64,000 nt of DNA from Marsupella aquatica. Taxonomy: Eukaryota > Plantae > Marchantiophyta. A program made the position numbers and the translations under genes. The notes under the pieces were generated by a model. The model searched no databases, was not told the origin of the DNA, and saw only the letters and a list, made by a program, of their open reading frames with translations. This document shows, piece after piece, positions 62,801-64,000 of the stretch; positions within the stretch are counted from its first letter, which is position 1; each line of letters begins with the position of its first letter. The stretch lies in the NCBI GenBank assembly GCA_973895155.1, contig OZ316894.1, positions 12,316,828 to 12,380,827 on the forward strand. The letters are read 5' to 3'.

Positions 62801-64000
62801 AAAGGCCGATGGGCGGTATTGGATTAATGCATTAGCCTGTAATATGGCGTGTCCCCATACTGAGAAAGGGAGTTTCGACTACATTAATAGTGGGCGTGCA
62901 ATTAACTGAAGGCGTTTAATGACCGCTTCAGCTAGTCCGTTCTGAAAATTCACGTGAGGTACAGGATATTGTACGTCAATGCCAAGTGATGTGCAGAAGT
63001 CATCAAATGTTTCAGATGTGAATTCCCCTGCATTGTCCACCCTTAGTGTCTTAATGGGGTGGTCTGGGAATTGTGCTTTCACGCGCAGGATTTGCGCCAA
63101 GATACGAGGCATAACCATGTTCCTCGTTGAAAGCAATGTCACATTTGACCATTTAGTTGATGCGTCGATTAATACCATGAAGTAGCGGAAGGGTCCGCTC
63201 GGTGGGTTGATCGGCCCGCAAACATCGGCGTGGATTATTTCCAAGAATTTGGGTATTTTGGTTGGCAATTTTGATGCCGTGGGCCTTGTTATTAATTTGC
63301 CGCGTGAGCATGCAGTGCATGGGGTGCTAGCTGGAATGTGGCGTGTATTGATTGGAATGCCACTTGAATTCTTAAGTATTTTGCTTAGCATTGATTGGCC
63401 GGGGTGGCCAAGGCGTGCATGCCAAAGCGCGGGCAATTCACTTGTGTTGGCATTGTTATGCAAGCATTCAATATGAGTTACATAAAACCCGTAGGGGTAC
63501 GAGAAAAGGGTTTCTTTAATGATATTCCCCGTAGGGGTATTTTCAACCAAGTGTATCACTTCCTGATCTCTGGTATCGCCCATCTGGACATGTAGTCCGT
63601 TTGCTCGTATATTGCTAAAACTGAGGAGATTACGCGTTGCGTTCGGGGCAAAAATAGTAGATTCTATGTGTATAGCTGTACCCTGCGGGAGTCTAATGGA
63701 AGCTGGGCCAAAGCCCTCTTCTATTTGGCTAGGGCCATTAATAGTAGTTAGGGATCGACGTGAGGGTGTGATCTTGTGAAAAAGGTGTCGATCCCGGAGG
63801 ATAGTGTGCGTGGTTGCACTATCTATAATACATGTGCTGGGGCTATTTAGATCTGGGGTTGTGGAACTACTTGCCACTAAGTGTGCTTCGGGTTGGGCAG
63901 GTAGATCTGAAAAGTCTTGGAATGGGTCGCTGGACCCCATAAACGCCGCGTGGGTTTCACGGGTGGTGCCCTAGAGGTTTGTCCGTCCTTGAGGGATCGT
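59861..64000 (-). mobile_element. Bianca-lineage Ty1/Copia element, 3' LTR about 59861-59993, continuing beyond the window
   Basis: PPT ccaagggggag lies next to TGTTATA on the - strand, at the start of a short TATA-containing LTR whose left boundary is tentative. Bianca-type motifs appear in pol. Confidence 0.88.
60326..63940 (-). pseudogene. Bianca-type protease-integrase-RT-RNase H, interrupted by a few stops
   Basis: IIDSATTHTIL, WHARLGHPG, IHADVCGPINPPSGPFRYFMVLIDAST, RVDNAGEF, YVDDLN, FEDNAAC, GFIKGDRVKHI. Confidence 0.93.

Overview
Eukaryotic plant nuclear DNA; the intron-rich genes and TE mix suggest a non-seed plant, but that is inference. Four host genes are present: the 3' part of a SIL1/Fes1-type Hsp70 nucleotide-exchange factor (+), PAM68 (-), a HIG1-domain gene (-) and an OCT7/SVOP-like MFS transporter (-). 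The rest is largely transposons. There are two complete but decayed Tork/Tnt1-like Copia elements with TSDs, a solo LTR, an internally deleted 1.4-kb Copia, a Bianca-lineage Copia running off the right edge and a Bianca LTR/PBS remnant. MITE-like foldbacks and Helitron-like AAAGATG arrays also occur, one lying next to an isolated ClpX-like fragment. Two related L1-clade LINEs are nested one inside the other. The most unusual signal is the outer LINE (46898-53742, 17-bp TSD). Between its ORF2 stop and its conserved 3' terminus it carries about 2.1 kb of extra sequence, including an intact antisense ORF resembling the RPA70 C-terminal zinc-finger OB fold. The nested sister LINE lacks this cargo.
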